Assembly: GCA_951406725.2 (NCBI GenBank)
Contig: OX597823.1
Location: forward strand, 37,696,001 to 37,760,000
Length of the DNA stretch: 64,000 bases
From: Octopus vulgaris
Lineage: Eukaryota
Reading direction: 5' to 3'
This document shows positions 13,660 through 26,747 of the stretch, in pieces (positions within the stretch are counted from its first letter, which is position 1; the number at the start of each line of letters is the position of its first letter). The position numbers were made by a program, and so were the translations under genes. The notes under the pieces are model-generated. The model saw only the letters and a program-made list of their open reading frames with translations. It was not told where the DNA came from and searched no databases.

Positions 13660-14500
13660 ATACACTCATATAGAAGCATACACTTCAGGAGGCAGCAGGA
13701 AGGGTCTTAAGTCAACAGGAACAGGAAGAGGCTGTGTCCATGGTTGCTGACCTTTGCAAGTCAACACCTGTGGTAAAGGCAGAGGGAGATGTTCTGGGGA
13801 TAGTGGACTGTGTAGGACAAGGGTGTGTTGCACACAGAAAGGTAATGAGAGTACTTGAGACAAGTGGATAAAGAATATCTGATTGATGATGGCATATGAC
13901 CAACCAGTCCCAAGGAGCAAAGGCCAATATAATAACAGTAGAAAAGAGAGGAGACAGCAGACTTGTAGATCATAGACTGTGACTGACTTTATATCAATCA
14001 GTCAGGTGGCTCTTTACTAGATGTGATCTAGAATGTTTGTGTGCAGCAACATCTCAGATGTGGGAGTAATAGTCCAGTGTTGTTTAATCAAGTATCAACA
14101 ACTGTTGGAGGTTGTGAAGAGAAGAACCAATCTTTAAGATACAATCCAATGCTAACAATGTACTTTTCTCAAGCAAGATCATTAGTGATGGCAAGGTTCA
14201 ACATTTAGAATGATTGAAAGAGCATGTTACTCAGGCTTAAGAAGAGTGTGATTATGTTTCCTTGCAGGTGAAAAAGGTAGATCTGGCATATCCTGATGGG
14301 ATGATGCTTTTGAGGTATCTGTTCATGGAATTGGTGCCAGTTTGGCATCTGGTGTTTAGTTTACATATGAATGAAAGGTGAGAGAAGAATGAAGGATAGT
14401 ATCAGCTGTGTAAGAGTGACCACTGTTGGTGGTAATGGGGAGTAGGTCATTGATGTATAGAAAAGCTAGGAAGTCTCTGGAGCACATCACTGTTGATAGA
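13660..14500 (-). mobile_element. Old CR1-group LINE RT C-terminal relic
   Basis: Minus strand SAVSSLFYCYYIGLCS resembles the RRxVxxLxLFYRYYxGxCS motif of CR1/L2-group ORF2; homologous to 60470-61900. Confidence 0.6.
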
Positions 14501-14899
14501 GTAATAAAGAAAAACATGCCATGATAATGTAATCTATTAGGAAGCTACTGACCCAAGAGATAAAAGGTAGAGATGATGAGCAGTTTCAATTGGAGAACTG
14601 CATGCAAAAAAAGCTTTACTCATGTTGAGGGCAACAATATTACTTTCACTAAATCCTTCACATATATGTTGACATAAAACACATGATAAATGCAATGTAC
14701 TGAATAGTTATATTATATTTTGATATGTACACATTAATATATTTTCAGTTCTTTTCATTTATTTGATGAGAGACGAGAGACTGAGAGAAAAACAGATTTC
14801 AACCAGGCAACGATAATAATCTGCACTAAAAGAACTTCAACAATTGAAGTTAGGTCACTTGATGTTAATGTTTCCTTCAATGACCAAATAATACAACCA

Positions 14900-15200
14900 T
14901 GTATATGTGGTTAACAAGTCCATTTCACAACATGGTTTTAAGCTTAGTCCCACTTTGCAGCATCTTGTTACAAGGGATTGCCTGGCCTGGGGATGGCCAA
15001 TGCCTTCTGAGAGAATTTGGTAAACTGAAATTGCACAGGAACACACCCACGTGTATATACACACATGTGTGTGTGTGTAGGAGGGGTTAGTGTCTTATAT
15101 TTGATAACCGGTGTTGGTTTGTTTATATCACAGTAACATTAGTGGTCTGGTGAAAAAGGAGAATGCTAGAATAAGTAGCAGACTTAATAAATATTAAAAA
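14900..15200 (+). mobile_element. Degenerate SINE, family A
   Basis: atgtggttaacaag...ttagtcccactttgcagcatc...ctagaataagtagcagactt. Confidence 0.6.
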
Positions 15201-18047
15201 GGCTTCAAGGTAGTGTCCTTGCATAATCTCATGTGTGTGTGTGCACATCTTCTGCAGCAGCATACTGATTTTGACACACATTTCATTCTCATCACAAATG
15301 CAGTGAAACAAATTAATGTCATCCTCATCAAACACGTTTTCCATGATGGTAGGATCCAATGAACTGGAGAGCTGCATCAAGCACCAATGTCTATGGATGC
15401 TCTCCCAAATGCCAGCTGCTTCAGTGTGTATAGGGTGCATATTTTGTGACACTAGCACTAGTGAGCTTGCCAAGTAACCAGTTGAAAACTTGCAACCAAC
15501 ACTGTATTTCACAAATTGTCACATAAAGACAAGAACAAAATTCTTTTGGTGATGACAATCAGTTGTCATCTTAAAACAATTGGGTTTCTATGTGTAGATT
15601 TGTTAGTTATAACCATGTGTCTCTATGAACATACACAAGATTATTTTTGTCAGTTTTGGCAAAACAAGTTCATTTTACAGCTGGTTATCCCTTCTACTAC
15701 AACCATTATTTGTCAAGTTCAACTATAATAACTATACCAATTACGAAAATACAAGATGATAAACATGGGTTTTATGCTGTTTATGAAGGAATTAAGAGAA
15801 GTCCCCTAACACACACTCCATGTGATTATAAATGAGTGTGGAAATCTGTCTTTGTTTCAGACAATGAATGGGGAAAAACAAGTTAGACAGTATCAGATAA
15901 AAAAGTGAAGTTCTAAAATGAAAAAAAAACATTTTTCAACATATTTAACAAATGAATCTCTTTCAGTAAGACTCCACAATCAATATAATTAAACCCTTGT
16001 CAGTCAACTTCACAGCTATTCTTATCCTATTTTTCCTACTTCATTCAGCTTTGGCAAACACAGGATGAGTTCCATTAATACTTTTGGAAGAAAGGAAAAC
16101 AGACAGAAATAATTGGTTTCTAGACTGACACACTGAGAGTCACAGTTACTAAAATTGGTAAAGTTTTGGAATCCCTGTTCCTCAGAGTCTTACACCTGAT
16201 GAGGAAACAAAAGAACAGTTATCTCTCCTCACCTTTATTAGTATTCCAGTGTTTCACACAAAAGAAATTACGAATTTATAAAAAAAAAAAGCAGGGCAAT
16301 AATTTTTCCAATAATTTCAGTTTTTCACATTTTTGCCTTCTATTCTCCTTTCATACCTTTTGGTGGTATAATGACCTTATGTGTAGTTGCTGGATTATCA
16401 GATATGAACCTGTACAGAGGTATATTTGATACCACATGGGCTACTGTAAGATGGTGCTCTGTCCACAAATATGTGCTCCCGATAACAAGTCTGTAATTTC
16501 TCTATATTTGCGGCCATTTCACATTGTTATATTTTATAGATTTGTTTGTACATGATTAATGTTAAGAGAGCCATAAAACCCTTAAAAATGATGAACTAAT
16601 GAAGCAATCTGTTGAATAAAGTGTCCATATGGAAATAAACGGAGGATGAGTAGATTATAAAATTATTTAACATCACATTTACAAGAGGAAGACTACGCTG
16701 AGTGGACAGTAAACAGAAGAAATGTGGATTTAAACATATTCTTATTCCCTAAAGCCTAAGACAGAGAGAAATCTGACCTTAATAACCATTATTACGAGTT
16801 ATTTGCATTGGTAGAAACTATGACTTGTTTTAGATTCTAGCACTTCCTAAAATTAACTATTTGGTTAACCAACTATTTTAGCAGTGGTATTTCCTATCTT
16901 TCCAGCAGAACACACAACCACCACAACGATTCTTATTGTAATTGCATCTAAGAGCGACTCAGAGATAATTAAATCGGAAATTCCCAACAGAAGTAATAAA
17001 ATAATATTAAAAATATAATGGGATTAATAAGAGAACTAAATATAAACAGTATTTCCACATGGTGAGAATCACGACGACGATGACTACCACCACCACCACC
17101 ACCAGTAATACTAGCACCAACTCAATTATTATTACCTCGTTCACTATTCTTATTTATTGTAATTTTCATTTATTATTAACTCGAGGTCGATAAAAATAAG
17201 CATCATTCAATCAAATATAAAATATCTGTTTAGTGAATAATCAAAAATTTATTTTAATTAATGAGAAACTGTTGTCTTATTCAGTAATGAAGGACAATAA
17301 AAACAGATGGTCAAAACATATGAAATGGTAAAAACAACAATATTGCCAAGATAGATTGCAATTTTCCGACTTTAGATCGAGGGTTTTTTTTTTTTGCCTT
17401 AGCAATAAAATAATAGGAAGACAAGACAGTACAATATAATCAGCTGTACACATTAACTTTTAAGATTAATCAAAATGCATAATTACGTTAATTACTGAAG
17501 AGAAGGACATTAAAAATAACAAAACATCAGGACCTAAGAACAAAACATTAACGTATGGTGTAGGGTTGAGAAAAGAGCATTTCAAAACCCAGTTATTGAT
17601 TAATATAGTATGAACATCACAACTTCTCATTTACTAATGACAGTCCTAAATACATCGTTCCGTTTTACAGAAGACAATCCATTTTTAGTGGCTCCAGTGT
17701 GGAAATGTTTGAATCAACTGTACATATGGTCGTCTTTGATGTCCATCAAATGAGTTTTAAATATGTTTTAGTGTTTAACAACAAAATGAATGAATGACAA
17801 TCCTTGGTCATCCCAGGTCAATAACCACAAACATAAAAACAATATTATAAACTTTATATTTCACTCTCTCATCCATTGCTAATCGATGAAGAAAGCAAAT
17901 CAATTCCACGAGATCGAATTTATCAATCATCACAAAATAAATCGTTTCTCCACATTAAACAGAATCTGAAGGCTCAGTTTCAAGTCCTCATCAAATTTAC
18001 ATCCCTAGATCGCCTTCCTCTACAAAGAAACTATGTTATGTACTTTT

Positions 18048-18175
18048 GAGGTCAAATTTGCCTTTCATCCTTTCGGGGTCTATAAAATAAATACCAGTGA
18101 AAAACTAGGGTCTATATAATCGACTTAAGCCACCCACCTAAATTTACTACCCATCTGCCAGAATTTGATGCCATT
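18048..18175 (+). mobile_element. Old SINE fragment with Nin-like domain
   Basis: GCCTTTCATCCTTTCGGGGTCTATAAAATAAATACCAG; related copies at about 27900-28110, 31560-32290 and 55420-55660. Confidence 0.65.
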
Positions 18176-18631
18176 ATTTTATGTACTCACAATAGAAACC
18201 AAAATATATTTTTACACAGAAACACCTAAAGTCCGCGAGAGGGACTTCTAAGATGCCCATTATTCCCAAGAGTATTAACCCAGGAAATAGTTTCGTTTCA
18301 GAAAGGAACGATTATGGATTTGATTAACAATATATTTTAATACAATACCACACCACAGTAGTAATTATTTTACAGCTGGAATTGGGAATATAGAAAGTTG
18401 TGATGTTCATGCCCCTGATGAATGGGTTCCAACCTACAGTCTACAGCCGTTAACCCTATTATTTTTAATATCATGATTAATTATTAGTTATCATTATAAG
18501 AAAAATTATTATTACAAGAATAGTGAAGTAGCAAAACGGAAGATGCCGAACAAAAGTAGTTTACTGTCTTTAGTTACCTCCCCTTTACATTTGAATTCAT
18601 TTCTCGCCGAGGTCGATTTTATTTTATTTTT

Positions 18632-18707
18632 ATCCAGGAGTGATAGAAAAAGGTATCAGTAATTTACCAATCCAGGAGTGATAGAAAAAAATATCAGTAA
18701 TATACCA
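18632..18707 (+). repeat. 38-bp tandem duplication inside a Nin-like SINE relic
   Basis: atccaggagtgatagaaaaa..tatcagtaat.tacca occurs twice. Confidence 0.85.
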
Positions 18708-20096
18708 ATGTCGTTTCAATCAACAAAAACTAGTCAGTGGCCTTAAGTTTAAAGTCTGGAGGCATTTTTTTTTTTATCAAAGATGTCCATAAAAACATAA
18801 CATGGCTTTGGGCAGCTGGTTGCGTCATTGACAAACTTTACACGAATAACTATTTTTTTAAATATTATTTTAAAGTCAAATAACTATAAAAAAGACTAGC
18901 AAATCACATTATTATCAAAGACACGATTTATTTACGATTAGACAAATCGATGAAAGAGACTGTATAGTGTTACTGGTTTACTTTAAGAACTCCTGATTGA
19001 TGAAAGCAGGGACACAAATTATCGTGTTAACAAACAAACAAAAGTGAAGAAGGATATTTATTGAGCTGTAGCCGCATTAATCGGGACTTCATATCATTCT
19101 ACATCCACCCAGGACAGTTCAAAGATCGATTCCAATCATTTAACCGGGTTTCTGTCTCTGCCTTGCGATTTACACTAGAATCTTGTCTACAGCAGGAAAA
19201 TACAAAATACTATGGAAATACTTTTATATATTATTTCTTTTTCATATTATCGATAAATATAATCCTGAAATTTAGATATTTTCATTTTTTTAAGTTGTAA
19301 AGCAATACTTAATTTTACCTTTAGTTCGGCACATCTTGCTTTAGTGGACACGATACGTAAACTCTTGGTTGAAAAACAAGAAAGTCCATTTAAAATAGTA
19401 AACAAACGAATTAAAAATATTTTTATGATTCATAGGTTTCAATGACGCCTTCAGTCATTGCTTCCACCTTCCGTATTTAATAACAATAATAACCAGGTCG
19501 TAAATTTTATATTTTTATCCATATGAAAACTAATTCAAGATTAACCAACAAGACGCACACGTGTAGAAGGTGCAGAATAAATGGGTATCCATCGATGGCG
19601 ACGAGGATTAAAGAAAGGAGAATGAAAGGACATTGTTTAGAGAAAATACTCTTCGTTTGTTTGGGTGAACTTGACCGAATGAGGAACGAAGCAAAGAAAG
19701 AATATTCTAACTATTGAAGTGTTTATTGAGTCACGTAGTAGAGGAAATACTGACGAAAATCTTCATTTTGAGGCTGAACAATATTCCGAAGGATTGAGAA
19801 GAATAAAGCAAGTTATTACTTGTTGGTGAGGCTTTTGGGTGTCCCACGACTCACGGAACTATACACAGATCGTGTTAAACCAAAAAAAAACCTTCAGTTA
19901 AGCAGATATAAGTAGTATATATATATGGTGGATGGATGGATTGCTTGAACGAGAATATCTAAAGAAAAAGTCTGTTATGGAGAGAGTAGGGCATCACAAG
20001 GTAAATAAAACAGGGCAAAAGTCTGTATATACATTCATACATTAGTGTTCAGGTGTGCAAGGTATATATTATCACATTAACATGTTTAATAACCAC

Positions 20097-20133
<37 letters not shown>

Positions 20134-20719
20134 GACGAAAGCGTGTTGGATTTAGAGAATATATTATAACCTACCGATTACAGTATATCCGGATAGATGT
20201 GTTATTCTCCATCGTTCCTGTTACTCTTGTACTATATATATGATACATATGTAGTATATTTATATACATTCATTTATACCATCTACCATCGATGTGTATA
20301 TAGATGGATGTTTATATTATATATATATATACATGAATATATAGATTATATATATATATACATGAATATATAAATTAAAAGGACCTTTTCAGTTGATGTG
20401 TCGTTTAATCAGCGTGGAGCATAGTGGTTTTCGTTTCGGCCGACAACAATGGTAACATGTTGCAATGGAAACTATAAGGAAGAAGAGGTTGTAGAAGAGA
20501 CAGTGAAAGATGGAACGTTTTCACGTCAATTCGACATGGACGGCTTGGCTTAATTGGCGGTGATGGTCGGGCGACAAGATACCACCATTGGGATTTAACA
20601 CAATTGATAAAAAATATAACTGACAAAGGGATTCAGGAGTAAATTATATCATATGATTCTAGTTGTATGAAGAAACATTTTGTAGTGAATGGTTAACGTG
20701 GTGGTGATGGTGGTGATGT

Positions 20720-21240
20720 GTGACTGAAAGGCGGAGGAAGGGAAGGATGAGGTAGAGGAAGGTAAAGAAAGAGAGAGTAAACCGAAGAAGAGGAAAGGGA
20801 GGAGAGAAGGAAGGAAATATGAGAGAGGGATGAGGTAAAGTGAAAAGTGGATTGCTGGAAAGTAGTGTTTTCTTTTTTCTTTCTCTTTTAACGTGGTAGA
20901 GAGGGGGTATGGAAAGAAGAATGAAACGTGAAAGAAAAATGGTGAGACAAAAACTCAATAAACAATGGAGAGAGAAAATTAAAATACTGAGAAAGTGAGG
21001 GGCAAAGGCAAAATAGTAGACAGTCAGAAAGTATTTAAAGAAATAGAGAAAGAAAAAAGAGAGTAAACAAAAGGAAGAGGAAGAGAATGAGAAAATAAAT
21101 TAAAACCATGAAATAAAGTGTAAAAGAGAAAAAGAGAAAACAAAGGAAACTGTTTAAGGAAAATTTTGAGAGAAAGAAGTGACAGAGGAGGAAGAAAAGA
21201 AAGATAGTAAGATTAGGAGTAAGGAGAGAAGAAATGATAC
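20720..21240 (+). repeat. Purine-rich (GA) low-complexity tract
   Basis: About 500 bp strongly dominated by A and G on the + strand. Confidence 0.8.
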
Positions 21241-21280
21241 TTATAGAGGTGGTAGTGGATCAAAAAGGGGAGGAAAATTT

Positions 21281-21324
21281 GTCACGTGACTAAGTCTTAC
21301 CCTTGTGGTTGGTACATGCGGAAG
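21281..21324. promoter_or_regulatory. Candidate promoter motifs: palindromic E-box GTCACGTGAC and ETS-like GCGGAAG
   Basis: 10-bp palindrome at 21281-21290 equals the USF/MiT-TFE (CLEAR) consensus and lies in the CpG-retaining domain; function not shown. Confidence 0.35.
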
Positions 21325-23589
21325 CATCCGTGTTAGTGTTATGTTGTTGATGGTATTTTGGCACTGAATTTCTTCTTTTTTATAAAATGGTATTTATCGT
21401 CAGCAAATGTAATTTATAACAGTTCTCTTTATGAAAAAACATAGGACATATATATATATATATACACCAGAATATGCATATATTTATATGTATGCGGTAC
21501 ATATACACAGGTTAGCCCAGATAATTCTTTGAGGCTAGTGCAAATAACAAAGTGAATTTGAATTGGTGTAGTAGTTGAACATGAGTAGAGTGAATTTATT
21601 GGATGGAAAGACAAGTTTATAAGAAATGAGATTCAATGTAGTTGATAAGGAAAACGGGCTATGGATACAGCGACAGTATTAATGTGAGAGGAATTACGAA
21701 GTCAGTATTTAAGATAACTTTGTAAGACGGTAGAGTGTATTTGAGGGAATTTAGTTTCTGTTTCTAGCTTATCAAGCAATTCTCGTTGCCTCTAGTTACA
21801 GGTTTTTATATGGTTTAATATATACGTGTGCGTCGTGTAAGACTGCAAGTTACTTCAATTGTACAACAGTTACCTGTGTAAATTAGTATTATTTTCTCGC
21901 ATAAAACATGAATCTTCTCTAATTTATAGGGGCACTGACGATTCAAGAAGAGTAGCTAGATGGGGGACATGAGATCACCGCTTCGGGAGCAAGTGTGAAG
22001 GGCTGCAAATTTTCTTTTGATGGAGCGCAAAAAGTATTTTTGCCCCGAGACTAAAAACTCTTACTACAATAGATTCATGCCTTTCACAGAAGCTTCAATA
22101 GGATTTTTATATATATTTAACGATGGTATATAGCAAATAAACGAGAGGAAGAAAAATATCAATTGAAATGGCCCTTTATTTTCATCATTATAATATATGG
22201 TACAACATCTTCGAGCTACACAATGATTATTTGCTGTTCCATTATCCATTCTGTAGGTAGTTAAATTCACTTTTTGTTGACAGCTAGAAGACTGACAGAA
22301 AAAAGAGAAAGAGTAAGAGTCTACCCCTCTGGGTTGACAAGTAGATTGGTAAAAGTTATATTATCTCGTGATGACAATCCATTAGTGAAGGGAGAGAAAC
22401 AGATGCTGTTTGGTTAGGTACCAAGCGGCCAAAGAGATGGTACCAATTTGGGATTCTGTTTTTTCTAACTAAATTAGTTCAGGCTAAATAAAGGATTTTC
22501 CATCTCTTATCTGCTTATTTAACTTAAAATTGTTAGCTTAAACCATACAATGTATTAAGAGGCATTTGATTCTCATAAGTACAAAAGCTGAGAAAATAGG
22601 AAAATAATTGGTAGACAAATGTAGATTCAGTTTCAAATCCTAGCTTAGAAACTAGGAAGCTGTTTGTTACATTTTATATCATATATATATCTGCTCATTT
22701 CCTTCCTAAAGACATCACGTGCTTATACCTGTCTCCTCTCATAAGCTCGTCCTCCTAGCGTTCATAATAATTTTTCTATCATCTTGACTTAACAACCCTC
22801 GCCATTTGTTTTTACTGTCTTGTTCTCACTGTCCTGTTCTTGTTACCACTTTCACCCTCCACAAAAAATGCCAAATTTTATTTAATTTGCTTTGCGGGAA
22901 GGACTGTTTCAACGAAGTCACGTATTGTCCTTGCCTTTGAAACGCGGAGTAGATGAAACAAGGACAACTGATGAAGGGGAATATACTTTATGTTGCATGT
23001 CTCGTTTCTCTGTTTGTTTTTTTCATTGTTCAAAAAAAAGTACGTTTTCTATGTTTTCGTTTCTCATTGTGTTCAACGTTTTTTTGATGTCCTGTACCCA
23101 TGTATGCATGTATTTATACATATATATGTAGGTATGTACATATATGTATGTATATATGCATATATTTATATATTATTTATATTATTATATATATGACTCT
23201 TTTACTCTTTCTTTTAGTCCCCCTCATGTTTCTTTCTTTTACTCGCTCCCCCTCTCATACATTTCTTGGCCTTTCTTTAACTCCCACTTTTCCTCCTGGT
23301 TTATTTCCTTTGTACCTCTCCCTATGTGCCTTTGATTTCCTCTCTGCAATTACATTGTTCTAAATATTCATGACTGTCTGATAATAAGTTACATGAAACA
23401 CTAACTAGCAATTAATGAAGTCTTTTCAGCTTCAATACAATATTACTTTACTCTACCTTTGGTATTTGAGTACTATTTTTTCCCCACATTGTTTTGCACA
23501 AATGCAGTCTCATGTATGTATGTATACATGCATACATCAATAATCGATCCAAAGTAAGTATTGTTTTCTTTTAAGAATTTTATATATAG

Positions 23590-23902
23590 TGGCACGTAAA
23601 AAGCACCATCCGAATCGTGGCCGAAGCCAGTGCCGCCTCGACTGGCTTCCGTGCAGGTGGCACGTAAAATGCACCAATCCGACCATGGCCGATGCCAGCC
23701 TCGCCTGGTACCAGTACAGGTGGCACGTAAAAAGCACCCACTACACTCACGGAGTGGTTGGTGTTAGGAAGGGCATCCAGCTGTAGAAACATTGCCAGAT
23801 AAGACCGGAGCCTGGTGCAGCCTTCTGGCTTCCCAGATCCCCAGTCGAACCATCCAACCCATGCTAGCATGGAGAACGGACGTTAAATGATGATGATGAT
23901 GA
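23590..23902 (+). mobile_element. Young 5'-truncated RTE 3' UTR insertion
   Basis: Three TGGCACGTAAAA.GCACC modules and an (ATG)n tail; close match to the reverse complement of 29257-29580. Confidence 0.9.
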
Positions 23903-23904
23903 TA

Positions 23905-26365
23905 TACCCAGAACAATTCTCCATTTTTTTAGGAGGTGGGTAGCCACAACAAGACATACACACCAGGCATTCCATTCATTTCCTGGCTCAAAGAGGTGAG
24001 CCTCATTCTATGCTTGAGTTAAGGCATAGAATGCAACCCCCAATATCAGCAGTGGGACCCGACAGCATATTCTGGTTTACCCCCACTGCATCATGCTGGT
24101 TCTGTACCACTTTTAGCAACATCAGATTCACTCGTCTGTCCACAAACACTCTCCAAGCTTTCCTATCATTTATAAATTCTCTTGCTTCTCACTCTAAAAC
24201 CTCTAGCCACCAAAGCTTTCCTCACACCATCCATCTACACAAACTGAGGTTCTGCTGCCTACCACTTCTGCCTTCATCACCCCTTTACCATCCACTCCTC
24301 ATCCATCCTCTCATGTGGCCAAACCACCTCAACCTTCGTCTATGTATTTTGGTTGTTAGTTTTTCTCTCATTCCTGCTCACCTTTGCACCTCCTCATCCT
24401 GTCCATCCGTGTTACACCAACCATAGCCTCAAACATCTCATCTCAAATACATCTAGTCACTTCCTTTCTGCCTCTCTCAGCTCCCACATCTCTGCACCAT
24501 ATAACATTATTGGCACAATCATGCTCTCATACACACCTCTTTACACTTTCATACTTAATCTTTTAACTCTCAGCATACCTTTCACAACTTCAAGTATCTT
24601 ACTCCCCTCCCTCCCCTGTATCCCACTTCCTCAACCACCCACCCCATCTGCCCGTCACATGTGATTCCAGATACTTAAAAACACTCACCTCTTCTAACAT
24701 CTCACCATTTATACTCACATCCATCCTACCAGCCATTCCATCTTTCGAACATCTCATCACCTTACTCTTAGCTACATTCACTTTCAGTTTCCTCCTCTCA
24801 CACACTCTTCCAAACTCTACCACCTGTCTCCTCAGTTCCTCTTCCAAATCTGCCACCAGTGCTGTTTCATCAGCAAACAACAACTGACTCACCTGCGATT
24901 CCTCTCCATTTTCTCCCACCATTTAGGTTCTAGCATTTACCTCTCTCACCACATCATCCATATATAATTTAAACAGCCACAGAGACATCACACAGCCCTG
25001 TCTTAACCCCACCTTCACATTAAACCACTCAATTCACCACCCACCCTAAAGCATGCTCTACTTTCTCTATAAAAACTCTGTACAGCTCTACAATCTACCA
25101 TCTACTCCATACAACTCCATCACCTGCCAGATTGCATCCCTATCCACACAGTCATATGCCTTCTCTAGGTTCATAAAGGCCCAATACACCTTCCTCCCTT
25201 TTGCCAAAAGCTTCTCGTACATCTGCCTTACAACAAATATTTGATCTGCACACCCCCTTTCACTCCTAAAACTGCACTGCTCCTCCCCTAGTACACTCTC
25301 TGTCTGGTCCCTCACCCTTATGATCGGAATTCTCCCATAGTGTTTACTAACCACACACAACAGACTTATACCCCTAAAATTTCCACACTCACATTTATTC
25401 CTACATAGTGGCACTATGTAGGCATTACACCAGTCATATTACAAACATTCGTAAGCCTCACTAACCATTCAATCACTGTCACTCCTCCTTTCTTTAGGCA
25501 TTCTATTGCACACCCATCTATACCTGGCACCTTCCGGTTTGCTATCTTCTGCAAAGTTTCCCTCACCTCCTCCCTTGCAATTGCACCATAGTTTCATTCC
25601 CCAACAACAAGCATTCTCCTCTCTCCTCCTACAGCCACTATACTTGCATCCCTAACATCTTCCACATTTAACAGCTCACTAAAATACTCTGCCCATCTCC
25701 TTTGTACATCCTCACTTCCTTTCAACAACTTTCCATTTACATCCTTCACCTTTTCTTCCCGTTCTCCAACCACCTTTCTTACCCTCTGTACCTCTTTCCA
25801 AAACATTTTTTTTCTTACAAAATGTACACCCAACTTTTTACCCAAAGCTTTCACTTGCCTCCCATTTTGCCACCCTCAACACTTTCTTTACTTTCGTCTT
25901 CACTTCTCTGTAGCGATCATAAGCCTCTCCACCCCTTTTCTGCAACCACTCTTCAAAGCCTCCCACTCCTCCACATCACCTGCTTCCCATTTCTTAACCT
26001 GTTCATATTCACCTCTCAGTTTCTCTACATACTCCTGCTCCTTCTCTCTCTTATCCAGTTCACTCAACCTCTCTCCTCCCTGTCACTAGTCTATCATTCC
26101 ATTTTGAGCATACTTTCAACTTACCCTGTACTGAGAAGTGATCTGACACTCCTCCACCTTCACTTCTCTTTACATGCACATCCACCAACCTTCCTACCAC
26201 TCTCTTATCAATTAATACATAAGCCATCAAGGCCCTATCCACTACTGTTCCTCTCTTCAACCTCCACCATGTGAACTTATTCTTCTCCCACTTTAAAAAA
26301 AAAACTATTCCCCACCACCAACTCCTGCTCAGTACACATTTCCAACAACCTCCTTCCACTCTCAT
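23905..26365 (-). mobile_element. RTE-clade LINE of a second family, partial endonuclease plus RT, disrupted
   Basis: NFRGISLL, EEQCSFRSERGCADQIF, AFMNLEKAYD, LRQGCVMS, LLFADET, KVNVAKSKVM and FKYL motifs; endonuclease end SDHFSV; sense strand strongly G+A rich. Confidence 0.9.
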
Positions 26366-26747
26366 ATATGTTACTCTGTTTAAGGTATTGAGTGATCCTT
26401 CAATTTAGAGTTTGACTGTTTTTATGTATATACTTAGAAGTGTGCACATTTGTGTGTGTGTTTATGTATGACTAAAATCAAATGAGGAAGGGACCTATGC
26501 AGACTCTATAATACTAACATGGTACATTAGTATGCAGGATTAAAATTTTTTCAAGAAAATTGATTATTTTCTTTTAACAATGATTATAGGATTAATGTAA
26601 AATGTTGTAATAAATAATGAATTGGTATATCATAGTTTCATTATGTGTTTCTGCCTTATCAGCAATTTTTGTTTTATGTGAATGGAGAGAAAAGGATTAA
26701 GGATTTTTAGCGAATGACTTGATCTGAGATCGTGTGCTGGAACGAAA

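Noticed and set aside
16195-16210. Isolated CTGATGA-type heptamers (also near 18416 and 58780)
   Set aside because: No flanking helices compatible with a hammerhead.
23590-23740. Repeat-spacer pattern resembling a CRISPR array
   Set aside because: Eukaryotic LINE 3' UTR modules; spacers are related to each other and there are no cas genes.
25702-26274. 190-aa Leu/Ser/Pro-rich ORF
   Set aside because: Antisense of the purine-rich RTE coding strand.
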